A DNA stretch of 45,970 bases. Origin: Limisphaerales bacterium (lineage in GTDB: Bacteria; Verrucomicrobiota; Verrucomicrobiia; Limisphaerales; SXTU01). The notes beneath the pieces were generated by a model that saw only the letters and a program-made list of their open reading frames with translations, was not told the DNA's origin and ran no database searches. Position numbers and translations under genes: made by a program. The DNA lies in NCBI GenBank assembly GCA_040081795.1, contig JBEBFV010000003.1, positions 1 to 45,970 on the forward strand, read 5' to 3'. Each line of letters begins with the position of its first letter. Position 1 is the first letter of the stretch. Shown here piece by piece: positions 19,133-28,453 of this stretch.

Positions 19133-20640
19133 AGTCCAAGCTCCTTGAGGTAGCGACCAATCTCCTTCCGCACGCCGACGAGTTCGTCTTCAAGCCGGGT
19201 GATTTCCCGCTGCACCTGCTTCAAGTCCACCGGCGCTTCCGCCTCGAACGTGTCCACGTAGCGCGGGATGTTGAGGTTGAAGTCGTTCTCCTTCACTTCC
19301 TCGAACGTGGCGCGCTTGGCGTATTTCGGCACATCCTCGAACCGGCGCACGGTCTGGACGATTTTCTCAATGTCCTGCGGGCGGAGCTTGTTCTGGTTGG
19401 TGCCTTCCTGATATTCGCGGCTGGCATCCACGAACAGGATGTCGGTGCCGCGCCTCGCCGCCGGCTTGCCCTTGTTGAACAGCAGAATCGCGGCGGGGAT
19501 GCCGGTGCCGTAAAAGAGGTTCACCGGCAGGCCGATGACGGCTTCCAGCAGGTTTTCCTCGATGAGCGCCTGACGAATCTTCCCCTCCGCCGCGCCCCGG
19601 AACAGGATGCCATGTGGCACGATGACGGCCACCCGGCCAGAGCCAGCCTTGGCGACTTCGACCATGTGGGTGATGAAGGCGAAGTCGCCCCGGCTCTTGG
19701 GCGGGATGGCGCGGTGAAAGCGGCCGTAAGGGTCGGCGGCAGCCTTGTCGGCCCCCCACTTGTCGAGGGAGAAGGGCGGGTTCGCCACCACGATGTCGAA
19801 CTTCATCAGCCGGCCATCCTCGACGAGCTTGGGGGAATTGATGGTGTCGCACCACTCGATGCGCGCGGCGTCGAGGCCGTGGAGGAACATGTTCATGCGC
19901 GCGAGCGCGTAGGTCTGGTTGTTGTTCTCCATTCCGAAGACGGCGACGTTCTGGCTGCCGACTTCGCGCGCGACCTTGATAAGCAGCGAGCCGGAGCCGC
20001 ATGACGGGTCGCAGATTTGGTGGCCCGGCTTGGGGGCAAGGAGCTTGGCGAGCAGCGTGGCGACTTCGGAGGGCGTGTAGAACTCGCCGCCCTTCTTGCC
20101 CGCGTCGGAGGCGAACTGGCCGATGAGGTATTCGTAGCAGTCGCCGATGATGTCGCTGGGATTGCTGCCGAGCGTCTTGGGCCGGAGGTCGAGCGGGGCG
20201 AAGTCTTCCAGCAGGTGTTTCAGGCGGCGATTGCGGTCGCGCGTCTCGCCCAAGTGGACCTCGGAGTTGAAGTCAATTTTGCGGAACACGCCGTCGAGCT
20301 TGGCCTTGTTCTCGTCCTCGATGGTGTCGAGCGCGCCATTGATGAGTTCGCCGATGCTGTCCTTGTCCCGGCTGGCATAGAGCGCGTCGAACGTGGCGGA
20401 CTCCGGGATGATGAAGCGCTCGCGGGCGAGGCGGCGCTGAACCATCGGCTCATCCTTGGGGAACTGCGCGCGGAGTTCCTCGATGCGCTGGCGGCGCACG
20501 TCGCTGAGGTATTTCAGGAACAGCATCGTGAGGACGTAGTCCTTGTAAACGGACGAGTCCATGACGCCCCGGAAGGTGTCGCACGCCTTCCAGGCAACGC
20601 GGTTGATTTCGTCTTTTCGGTCAATGGTGGTGTCAGGCAT
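19129..20640 (-). CDS. hsdM: Type I RM methyltransferase subunit M
   Basis: WKACDTFRG, GKKGGEFYTP, DPSCGSGSLL (motif I), VANPPFS (motif IV), PHGILFRG, FNLNIPRYVD. Confidence 0.97.
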   Translation of the reverse strand: MPDTTIDRKDEINRVAWKACDTFRGVMDSSVYKDYVLTMLFLKYLSDVRRQRIEELRAQFPKDEPMVQRRLARERFIIPESATFDALYASRDKDSIGELINGALDTIEDENKAKLDGVFRKIDFNSEVHLGETRDRNRRLKHLLEDFAPLDLRPKTLGSNPSDIIGDCYEYLIGQFASDAGKKGGEFYTPSEVATLLAKLLAPKPGHQICDPSCGSGSLLIKVAREVGSQNVAVFGMENNNQTYALARMNMFLHGLDAARIEWCDTINSPKLVEDGRLMKFDIVVANPPFSLDKWGADKAAADPYGRFHRAIPPKSRGDFAFITHMVEVAKAGSGRVAVIVPHGILFRGAAEGKIRQALIEENLLEAVIGLPVNLFYGTGIPAAILLFNKGKPAARRGTDILFVDASREYQEGTNQNKLRPQDIEKIVQTVRRFEDVPKYAKRATFEEVKENDFNLNIPRYVDTFEAEAPVDLKQVQREITRLEDELVGVRKEIGRYLKELGL

Positions 20641-21244
20641 GGATAAATTGGAGGTTGGCCCAGCCGCGCAGCAGCGCCCGGCGTGTGGTGGTGAGTTGGT
20701 TCATCAAATTGTGCTCGTGCTCAATCAGCCCGTTCAGCTCGGTCACGCGCTGTTGGACGGCGATGGGCGGCAGGCGCAGCGGCAGCGCGCGGAGCACTTC
20801 CAGCGCAATCATGGGGATGGTGGTGCCGGAGTTGTTCGCGTGAAGGAAGGTTTGGGCTTCCTCCTGATTCAGCAGCCACGCGAGGAAGGCGGGATGGACG
20901 CGGCTGGTGTCCGGGCGCATGACGTGGAAGCTGCCCGCGACGATGGTTCGGGCTGGGACTTCGGAGCCGACGGGAACGGCGTAGTTGCGCGGGCCGCGAC
21001 ACATCAAGATGACATCATCGGGGCGAAGCAAATGGTCGTCGAGATTGCGAACTTCATCGGGCGAGATGCACACCAGCCCACCTTCGGCAGGCGCGACGCG
21101 AAGCCGGTCCGAATCAACATCACGACCTTGGATGACCGCAACCGTGCCGTCTGCATGATGCCGAACCCCCACGCGAAATGGGTATCCCGCCCGAAGCGAG
21201 GCGACTTCGGTAACGGTCAGCCAGTTCAATCTTCCGTCTATCAC
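20633..21244 (-). CDS. Single-TRD (half) HsdS-like protein upstream of hsdM
   Basis: VASLRAGYPFR, LRPDDVIL--RG, PAFLAWLLNQ, LPLRLPPIAVQQRV. 8-bp overlap with hsdM. Start uncertain (GTG 21244). Confidence 0.8.
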   Translation of the reverse strand: MIDGRLNWLTVTEVASLRAGYPFRVGVRHHADGTVAVIQGRDVDSDRLRVAPAEGGLVCISPDEVRNLDDHLLRPDDVILMCRGPRNYAVPVGSEVPARTIVAGSFHVMRPDTSRVHPAFLAWLLNQEEAQTFLHANNSGTTIPMIALEVLRALPLRLPPIAVQQRVTELNGLIEHEHNLMNQLTTTRRALLRGWANLQFIHA

Positions 21245-21426
21245 AGTATCGAGTATCGGGCAGTTTTTATGTTTCGTCAAGGGCGAAAACGACAGAATCT
21301 TGATACTGTTGAAACAGGCCAAAGCGAACCAGTGCAAATGTGATTCAACATCGGAAACAATCTTCGTTCCGGCCTTCGTTTACAAATCTGTGTGCGGACG
21401 GTAGCGGCACGGTAGAATCCCCGGTC

Positions 21427-21660
21427 ATGGAAAAACAGACCATCAAGACGGTGAACTTGGAGAAGCATGGCCGATTCTGGGCCGTGCGCGCGGACGGGGA
21501 ACTTCTCGCGCTGGTGCTTTACAAGAAGGGGGCGCTGGCCGTGCGGGATTTGCTGGTGCGCTTGGCGGGTATCCCGGCCAACGAGCCACCGAAGGGCGGG
21601 AGGACAACGCGGCGGACACAGAAGCGAGCCGAACCGAGTCCATCGCCGCGCGCAACGTGA
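21427..21660 (+). CDS. Small hypothetical protein
   Basis: MEKQTIKTVNLEKHGRFWAVRADGELLALVLYKKGALAVRDLL. Compact beta-beta-beta-alpha pattern. Divergent from the RM operon. Confidence 0.6.
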   Translation: MEKQTIKTVNLEKHGRFWAVRADGELLALVLYKKGALAVRDLLVRLAGIPANEPPKGGRTTRRTQKRAEPSPSPRAT

Positions 21661-21845
21661 CAGGCTCAACTGCCACGAGCCACTGAGCGGGGCGGGGCGG
21701 TTCAAGTGCGCTACCGAGTTTCAAAGGATTGGAAGGCAGCCACTTGCTTGGCTCACCGGTTCAAAGCCGCTCGTTGAGGTTGTGGACGTGGATGGACGCG
21801 TAGCGAGAAGCCACGTCTAGCATCTGGGCGCCAAGGTTCCTGAGC

Positions 21846-24602
21846 CTACGGCTCAACTAGGCGGAAGTATTTCGCCCCCGCCCCGACGGGCTGAACGATG
21901 CTGATTACCCCGCCGTTGGTCTGGAAGCCCCCGGCTACGTTGCTCCAAGAAACAGGGAGTGCAAGAGTCGCTGCCGATTCCAGCCGGTAGCGCCCTGCCG
22001 TGGCAGGCCAAAGCACGGTCAGGTTGTTGCCACTGAAAGCAGTGGTGATGGTGGGCGGCGTTGGCAAGGCATCAGTCAGGTTGGGGACGCCGTTGCTGTC
22101 GGTGTCGTTGAGGTCCGTGAATTCAAACACCCAATTCAGGTGGTCAGTCCAAGCGGTGCGCGCATCCCCGTCCGAGAACGTCAACGCGCCCACGTAGCGA
22201 TTGCCAGTGCGGTTGAACGTGGCGGCTTGCACCGTGTAAACGGAACTGTCCGTCGCGTTCGTCAGCGTGAACGAGGGCAAGGTGAACTGGCTGGTTGTAA
22301 TCACCGTGAAGGTGGTCGTGCCGGTCAGGGAGAAAACCACCCCGGCGTTGGTGCGCTGGCAGGAGAAAGTCATCGTGTTGAGCGCCCCGCGTGTGTAGCT
22401 GATGGAACCGGTGTAGCACTGCAATTCCAAGACCCCGGTGATGTTCAATTGCGTTCCGCCAGTAGCCAAGTCCACGACGTTGTAGGTTCCAGTGAGTGAG
22501 TTGGCGTTGCGGGTCAGACTGCCTGTGATTGGAATCGTGGCGATGGACGGAAAGTCGCGTTGGTAAGAGCCGGTGATGCTGCTGGCTCCCGCCTTGTTCA
22601 ACTGCGCAACATCGGGCAGGCCGTTTCCGTCGGAGTCGGTTGTCGGGAGGGTTAGAACGACACTGCCGTAATAGGCGAAGCTGTTGTCGCCATTGTTCAC
22701 GGTCGCGGAATCCGCCTCGTAAACCCCGCCGCCACGCGGTCGCAATTCACCACTGTAAAGGAAAATGCCCGGTGACACGGCCTGGCGCCATGGGCTTCCA
22801 GCTAGTCCGTCGTAGGTTGTGAAATTGAGCGTTGTGTTCGGAGGGTTCACCATAGCCGCCGACCGTAACAATAGCGACTGGCATTGGCCGCTGAGGGTGG
22901 CGGTGCGGGTCTGGGCTTGGACAACGGTGGAGCCAAGGGCGTTCGTGACGGATAAGGTAGCCGCTTGGCTGGTCACGCTCCCCGCGATGTTGGTAATCAC
23001 CACGCTGTAGCTGCCCGCGTCGCCAAGCTGCACGTTGGTTATCGTCAGGCTGCTGATGGTCGCTCCTGCGAGAACCGCGCCGTCTTTGCGCCACTGATAG
23101 CTCAAGGGCACCGTGCCCGTGGCTGTCACGCTGAAGGTGGCGTTGGAGGTCAAGTTCACCGACAAGCTCTGAGGTTGGCCGGTGATGCTGGGCAAAATGC
23201 CAGAGACATTGAGCGTTCGGCTTACGCTGACCGCCGGCAGATACGTCGCATCGCCGGGTTGACTGGCTGTAATGGTAGTGCTGCCGACGCCTGTGAGCGT
23301 AACGGTGCTTCCGATCACGGTTGCCACGCCGGTGTTGGAACTTGTGTAGCTCACTGGCAAACTGCTGCCGGTCGTGGCGTTCAGCGTGAATGGTGCGTCG
23401 GTAGTCAGTTTGGGAGGCAACACGTCAAACGTGATCACCTGAAGCAATCGGCTAACGGTGAGGTTGGCCGCGCTGCTCGTTGCCGTGCCGTAGGGATTCG
23501 ACACGACCACGGTGTAGCCCCCAGCCTGATTCGTGGCGACGCTGCCAATGCTGTAGTTGGCATTGGTTGCATTCGGAATGTTAGAGCCGTTGAAGCGCCA
23601 CTGGTAGGACAACGGACCTGTCCCTGTGGCGCTGCTAGTGAGGTTGACCGCCGAGCCAGCTAGAACGGCTGTATCGTTTTTTACGGCTAAGGTGAAAAAT
23701 GTGCCGCCTGCTACGGCGGTGAAATTGCTGTAGCCAAAGGGCACGCTTGCTTCTCCTCTGATAGAATAAGAGGGCCAAGCAACGAGCGTTCCATCACTCT
23801 TGAGTGCCAAGCTGTGATAGAGGCCGGCTGCAATTTGGACCACATTGCTCAGGCCACTCGGGGGAGGGTCGAGGTTTGATTCGTTCTGCCCCCAGCTCAC
23901 TACAGTTCCGTCACTTTTGAGGGCAAGATTGTTGAAGCCACCTGCTGCGATTGCGACAACGTTGCTTAGTCCGCTGGGAGCTACTCCTTGGCCGTATGTG
24001 TTAACACCCCACGCGACGATTCTTCCATCGCTCCGCAAGGCAAGGCTCTGACCGTAGCCCGCACCGACTGCGGTTATCCCGGTCAAACCACTTGGCACAT
24101 TCGTGACGTTGGAAAAAGGATACCCCCAAGCGAATACTGTCCCGTCATTTCTCGAAGCGACGTTGTAGAAATCACCAGAAGCTATGCTGGTCACGTTCGT
24201 CAAGTGTGCAGGCACTGTGGCCTGCCCGTAGGTGTTGTCGCCCCATGCAACAATGGTTCCGTCGGTCTTCAGCGCCAAACTGTGATACCGGCCCGCCTTA
24301 ACACTCACCACGTTTGTCAAGCCAAAGGGTGGCGTGATTTCGCCGGAAGCATGATTGCCTGCCCATGCCGTGACCGTTCCATCGCTCATCAAAGCCAAGG
24401 CGTGAGACTCACCGGCAGCGATTGCCACCACACCGCTCAACCCCGTGGGCGGCACGGGGAGATATGTGCTGTCGCCCCAGCCAACCACCTGCAAATTTGC
24501 AGGCTGCCGCGTAATCACGGGCTGGGTATTCACCGGCATTGTCTGGGAGCGGACAACGGCAACCGAAGCCAGCAAAAGGAAAATGGTAATCAGGCACTTC
24601 AT
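21846..24602 (-). CDS. Secreted/surface protein: RCC1-like repeats, Ig-like domains and a C-terminal verrucomicrobial-type domain
   Basis: Signal peptide, ~7 repeats of VAIAAG--HSLALKSDGTVVAWG, two I-set-like domains (PLSYQWR-NG...AG-YTVVVSN), DSDGNGLPD/DTDSNGVPN motifs, C-terminal YRLESA...W...KYFRL. Confidence 0.88.
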   Translation of the reverse strand: MKCLITIFLLLASVAVVRSQTMPVNTQPVITRQPANLQVVGWGDSTYLPVPPTGLSGVVAIAAGESHALALMSDGTVTAWAGNHASGEITPPFGLTNVVSVKAGRYHSLALKTDGTIVAWGDNTYGQATVPAHLTNVTSIASGDFYNVASRNDGTVFAWGYPFSNVTNVPSGLTGITAVGAGYGQSLALRSDGRIVAWGVNTYGQGVAPSGLSNVVAIAAGGFNNLALKSDGTVVSWGQNESNLDPPPSGLSNVVQIAAGLYHSLALKSDGTLVAWPSYSIRGEASVPFGYSNFTAVAGGTFFTLAVKNDTAVLAGSAVNLTSSATGTGPLSYQWRFNGSNIPNATNANYSIGSVATNQAGGYTVVVSNPYGTATSSAANLTVSRLLQVITFDVLPPKLTTDAPFTLNATTGSSLPVSYTSSNTGVATVIGSTVTLTGVGSTTITASQPGDATYLPAVSVSRTLNVSGILPSITGQPQSLSVNLTSNATFSVTATGTVPLSYQWRKDGAVLAGATISSLTITNVQLGDAGSYSVVITNIAGSVTSQAATLSVTNALGSTVVQAQTRTATLSGQCQSLLLRSAAMVNPPNTTLNFTTYDGLAGSPWRQAVSPGIFLYSGELRPRGGGVYEADSATVNNGDNSFAYYGSVVLTLPTTDSDGNGLPDVAQLNKAGASSITGSYQRDFPSIATIPITGSLTRNANSLTGTYNVVDLATGGTQLNITGVLELQCYTGSISYTRGALNTMTFSCQRTNAGVVFSLTGTTTFTVITTSQFTLPSFTLTNATDSSVYTVQAATFNRTGNRYVGALTFSDGDARTAWTDHLNWVFEFTDLNDTDSNGVPNLTDALPTPPTITTAFSGNNLTVLWPATAGRYRLESAATLALPVSWSNVAGGFQTNGGVISIVQPVGAGAKYFRLVEP

Positions 24603-24940
24603 ACCGGAATTGCGACCCGGCCACGGTCAAAAGAAAGGGCGCGAACTCAAAGCACCCCCGCTAAAGGCACCGCGAAGCGCCCGTCCAGAGAATACGCCAA
24701 GCCGCGCCCAGGGGGCGCGTGCTCGGTAGGTCTCTGGACATGAAATTCGCGGTTTCTTAGCGAGACCGTAGCCGAAGCTGCGCTAAATGTTTTGTGGTGT
24801 TTGGTTACATGGTTCTTTTGCTGACAAGGAATCGTTAACAAATTTCGCGCCTCCCTGCCATGACATTCTCGCTGACCGTCGGAACGCGGCGGCGAAAGGC
24901 GAATGGCCGCTTTACCGTAGCGGCCCCTGTAGGTAGGGGC

Positions 24941-25483
24941 ATGGAACCAGCCGCCATCAAACTCGTTCAGGCCCTCATTGATGAGGAGGCCATGTCCTCA
25001 TGTGAACATTCCAGCGCGTTCGGCAAGCAGGAATACTGGAACCGCGTCACGAACACGCTCGATTGCGCCTACTGTGAGCATTGCGAGGCGCGTGGCCTGC
25101 CTCCGACGATGTTCCAGCGGCCCTTCCGTGAATTCATCTATCTGCTGGAGGACGCTTGGTTCTGCCTGACCCTGCCCAGCCACGCCGCCGCACGTCTGGC
25201 TGTGGCCTACTTGCAAGCGGAGTCCAAGGCGCGGCGGCAGTTCAAGAGCAAGCGCATCGTAGAGGCTGCGGTTGGCGGTGATGTGACCAGCGATGCTGAC
25301 GCGCTGGCGGCAGCGCTGGACCGGATGATTCCCAAGTCCCTCAAGCCAGTGGCGACGCGGGTTCAGCGGGTTTACGTGCCCAAGGCATCCAAGGCGAAGC
25401 GACTGCCTACGGACTTCGTCTGCGACAAAATCGTGAGCGCGTTCCTCGACCTGCAAACCCAGCGCCACGCCAGCATGAAGTAA
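24941..25483 (+). CDS. Hypothetical protein, Cys/His-rich N-terminal part
   Basis: ATG 24941 preceded by a G-rich RBS-like stretch. CEH...CAYCEHC. Confidence 0.55.
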   Translation: MEPAAIKLVQALIDEEAMSSCEHSSAFGKQEYWNRVTNTLDCAYCEHCEARGLPPTMFQRPFREFIYLLEDAWFCLTLPSHAAARLAVAYLQAESKARRQFKSKRIVEAAVGGDVTSDADALAAALDRMIPKSLKPVATRVQRVYVPKASKAKRLPTDFVCDKIVSAFLDLQTQRHASMK

Positions 25484-25559
25484 CGCCCGGCGGGCGCACT
25501 TCGGGTGAATGTAAACAAAGAGGGGTGTGCTTCTACGGTGCCGGTTTGTAGGCTGGCCC

Positions 25560-26528
25560 GTGAATACTACCAGCCTGTCCCTGACGCCGGTTCGCGCCGG
25601 TTCCGTGGCGCGAATTTCCCCCACCCACAGCGATCTTGTTCGTGCCTTCCTGTCTGGCCGGAACGAGCGCACCCTGCGCGCCTACTCCCAAGATTTGGCG
25701 GACTTCCAAGCCTTCGTCGCGGCCAAGTCGGTTGACGACGCCGCGCGCGAGCTGCTGGGCAACAGCCACGGCGCGGCGAACCTCTTGGCGCTGGCCTACA
25801 AGACTCATCTGGTGGAGCGCGGCCTGCAATCGGCCACCGTCAACCGGCGGTTGGCGGCGTTGCGGTCACTGGTGAAGCTGGCGGGCACGTTCGGCTTGGT
25901 CCCGTGGAAGCTGGAAGTGGCGAACGCCAAGACGACGGCCTACCGCGACACGCGCGGCCCCGGCAAGCAGGGCGTGCGATGCCTGTTGGAAGCGGTGAGC
26001 GGCCAGCGGGGCAAGCCAGCGGCGCGGAACAAGTTTGCGCTCCGGTTGCTCTACGACTTGGCCCTGCGGTGCGGTGAGGTCGTGGCGCTGGATGTGGAGG
26101 ACTTGGACTTGGCGCAAGGTCGGCTGGCCGTGCGCGGCAAGGGCAAGACGGAGAAGCAATGGCTCACCTTGCCAGAGCCAACCAAGGCAGCAGCGGCGGA
26201 CTGGCTGGCAGCACGCGGCGCGGACGCCGGGCCGTTGTTCACCAACTTCGACCGTGCGGGCAAGGGGCGACGGCTCACCAACGTGAGCCTGTATCGCATC
26301 GTGCGTGGGCTGGGCGAGCAGCACGGCTTGAAGGTGCGACCCCACGGCTTGCGACATACAGCGATTACTGAGGCGTGCAAGGCGGCTCAGGCAAACGGCT
26401 TTGGCTTGGAGGAAGTGCTGGATTTCTCCCGGCACAGCCGGAAATCCATCGCGGTGCTGATGGTTTATCGTGACAGGGAGCGCAACGTGCAAGGCCAACT
26501 GGCGTCACTGGTGGCGGGTGCAGCCTGA
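25560..26528 (+). CDS. XerC/D-like tyrosine recombinase
   Basis: TLRAYSQDL, SATVNRRLAALRSL, LALRCGE (R), RGKGK (K), PHGLRH, SRHS, MVYRD (Y). Start approximate. Confidence 0.92.
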   Translation: MNTTSLSLTPVRAGSVARISPTHSDLVRAFLSGRNERTLRAYSQDLADFQAFVAAKSVDDAARELLGNSHGAANLLALAYKTHLVERGLQSATVNRRLAALRSLVKLAGTFGLVPWKLEVANAKTTAYRDTRGPGKQGVRCLLEAVSGQRGKPAARNKFALRLLYDLALRCGEVVALDVEDLDLAQGRLAVRGKGKTEKQWLTLPEPTKAAAADWLAARGADAGPLFTNFDRAGKGRRLTNVSLYRIVRGLGEQHGLKVRPHGLRHTAITEACKAAQANGFGLEEVLDFSRHSRKSIAVLMVYRDRERNVQGQLASLVAGAA

Positions 26529-26540
26529 AATGAACCGGCC

Positions 26541-26939
26541 ATGCAAACCACTGAGCGACCCCCTGCGCGCGCCCGGCTGGCCTACTACCTGCCCCGGCGC
26601 GTGTATTGGCACTTCTGTCTGTGGCAGGGCATGAGGCGGCTGGGCTTCAGGGTGCTCTGCGTGATAAAGCTGAACCACCACCACGTTTGGGACGTGCGTC
26701 TGCGCTCCGGCAACAAGATCAGCGACAAGGCGGTGCGGAAGCTGCGACGCGAACTGCGGAAAGTGTGCGCGGCCCACGGACCAAGGATGAAGGCGGGCGA
26801 GCTTGCCATCGTGAGGGATGGCAGCCTATTGGAATTGGCGTTCATCTGGCCCGTGGGCGAGCCGGGAAACTATCAATCAGGCAGCCACGGTTACGTGACC
26901 ACTATGGACTCGCCGACTCAGACTTATTCGGCCAACTGA
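26541..26939 (+). CDS. Hypothetical basic protein
   Basis: 132-aa ORF directly downstream of the recombinase. No family recognised. Confidence 0.45.
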   Translation: MQTTERPPARARLAYYLPRRVYWHFCLWQGMRRLGFRVLCVIKLNHHHVWDVRLRSGNKISDKAVRKLRRELRKVCAAHGPRMKAGELAIVRDGSLLELAFIWPVGEPGNYQSGSHGYVTTMDSPTQTYSAN

Positions 26940-27766
26940 CTTTCACTTGCAGCACCGCCGCGCAGCATCACTTGTGGTTCGGTGCCTTGCCTTCGCTGGA
27001 GATCCTCGGCGTATTGAGCGAAAGCGTTGAACCACCTGTCAGCGTTTGAGGGCCAAAACGCCCTAACCTCTGCCAGCTCGCTTTCTTGGCGGTAATTGTC
27101 CAGCGCCAGTGAATGACATTCCAATATCTCCTGAGCCATCCAGTTTTTATCACCCTCATCCAGTGCCACGCGATAGAAGGTATTCCAGTCCATTACCGCA
27201 GGAACCAAAAACCGCATGGCGTGGAATGCGTGAACCAGTTCGTGTGCGACTACAAACCTGAAGGCGTCACGCGTCACTTCGTCCGTTGGCCCAGAAATCA
27301 TCTCGCGGGAAACGCTAATGATGCCCGAGTGTGCAGCAGGACCAGGCGCCCGATATGAAGGGTCGGTAAACAGGACGCGATGAATGTTGCTTCTGTAGCT
27401 GCCAAATGTGCCGGGACCATCCTTGTCTGGGCCGACGGCGGTGATTGTCTGAACTCCCACACAGAGCCACTCACGAATGCTTACCGGAAGAGTCGCCCTG
27501 TCCACAATTTCAATTTCCATTTCGGAATCATCCCCCACGGGGTCGTTACAGTTTAGGACGGTGGAAAAGTCCACGTCGGTGGGATACACCATCAAGGTGT
27601 CGTTTTCGATTGCGTCTATGACGCCGTAAATTGAAGGCGTGTGAAGCCTGAGCTGCACTTGGAGTGCAAATTGTCGCTCACAGGTCTTCGGCGGACTAGC
27701 GCTACTCATAGGCTGGTGCCGGGTGGAGGAGCTGCGGAGTGGCTTCTTTGATGTCAGTCGCTTCAT
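26924..27766 (-). CDS. Hypothetical protein with HExxH zincin-like motif
   Basis: FRFVVAHELVHAFH. Visibly more AT-rich than flanks. Start at 27766 or 27709. Confidence 0.6.
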   Translation of the reverse strand: MKRLTSKKPLRSSSTRHQPMSSASPPKTCERQFALQVQLRLHTPSIYGVIDAIENDTLMVYPTDVDFSTVLNCNDPVGDDSEMEIEIVDRATLPVSIREWLCVGVQTITAVGPDKDGPGTFGSYRSNIHRVLFTDPSYRAPGPAAHSGIISVSREMISGPTDEVTRDAFRFVVAHELVHAFHAMRFLVPAVMDWNTFYRVALDEGDKNWMAQEILECHSLALDNYRQESELAEVRAFWPSNADRWFNAFAQYAEDLQRRQGTEPQVMLRGGAASESQLAE

Positions 27767-28453
27767 ACTTTGTTCCTGTCTATTGATGCGTTGTTGCCAA
27801 TGAAGCGGTGGGATCACCATCGTTTCATACCTTACGAAACAATTCGAGGTGATTGTGCACTATAGGAATCTCCCGTAAGAAGGCAAGCACAATCCTCCCT
27901 TCCACGAAACTTTGTGACGGCTTGCCGTTGAAGACGATCAGACTCTTGTCCGTGTCGCCAACGCAACGCGCTGCAATCGCGTGGCAGTCGGCCCAGCTTG
28001 GTAAATGGAACTGATAGGGTGGCTCCCTATCCTCCAAGATTGACTGCCGGGGTGTTCGGCTGCGCGAATGTTGGGAGACACAACCGGGTGGACTTGAAGC
28101 CAAGGGGGGGCACAGACGGCGAATGTGTGATTAAATATCAATTATCATACACAAGATAACCGTCAGGCGCCTGCCATTATGGTTTCCGTTGGCAGGCCGC
28201 GCTTTTCGCCGCCGACGGTCATCACCGGCTGCTGAAGACAACCTCCTTGAAAATAACGCGCAGCAGCACGACCTCGCCAATGCCCTGTCGGCGATAGCCA
28301 GCCCAGCAGCCGATTCTTCCCGGATGAGGTGGGGAGCCGTCGGCTGGTTCGACCAAGTCTTGGCGGTAGGGGGCAGTTCATGACCCGCCAGCGCACCGGT
28401 TTGGGTGCCGGCTGGCTGCGCTCCTCTCTCTACTATCCTCTCCCCGCTCTCTT

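Noticed and set aside
21370-25545. Short similarities between 21375-21416 and the reverse complement of 25510-25543 (tt-gtttaca; cggcac-gtagaa) as inversion sites
   Set aside because: The two motifs occur in different order and are short, so chance cannot be excluded.
27825-28396. Small ORFs between the HExxH gene and the NLR
   Set aside because: Short, no motifs or convincing starts; possibly gene remnants, but not supportable.
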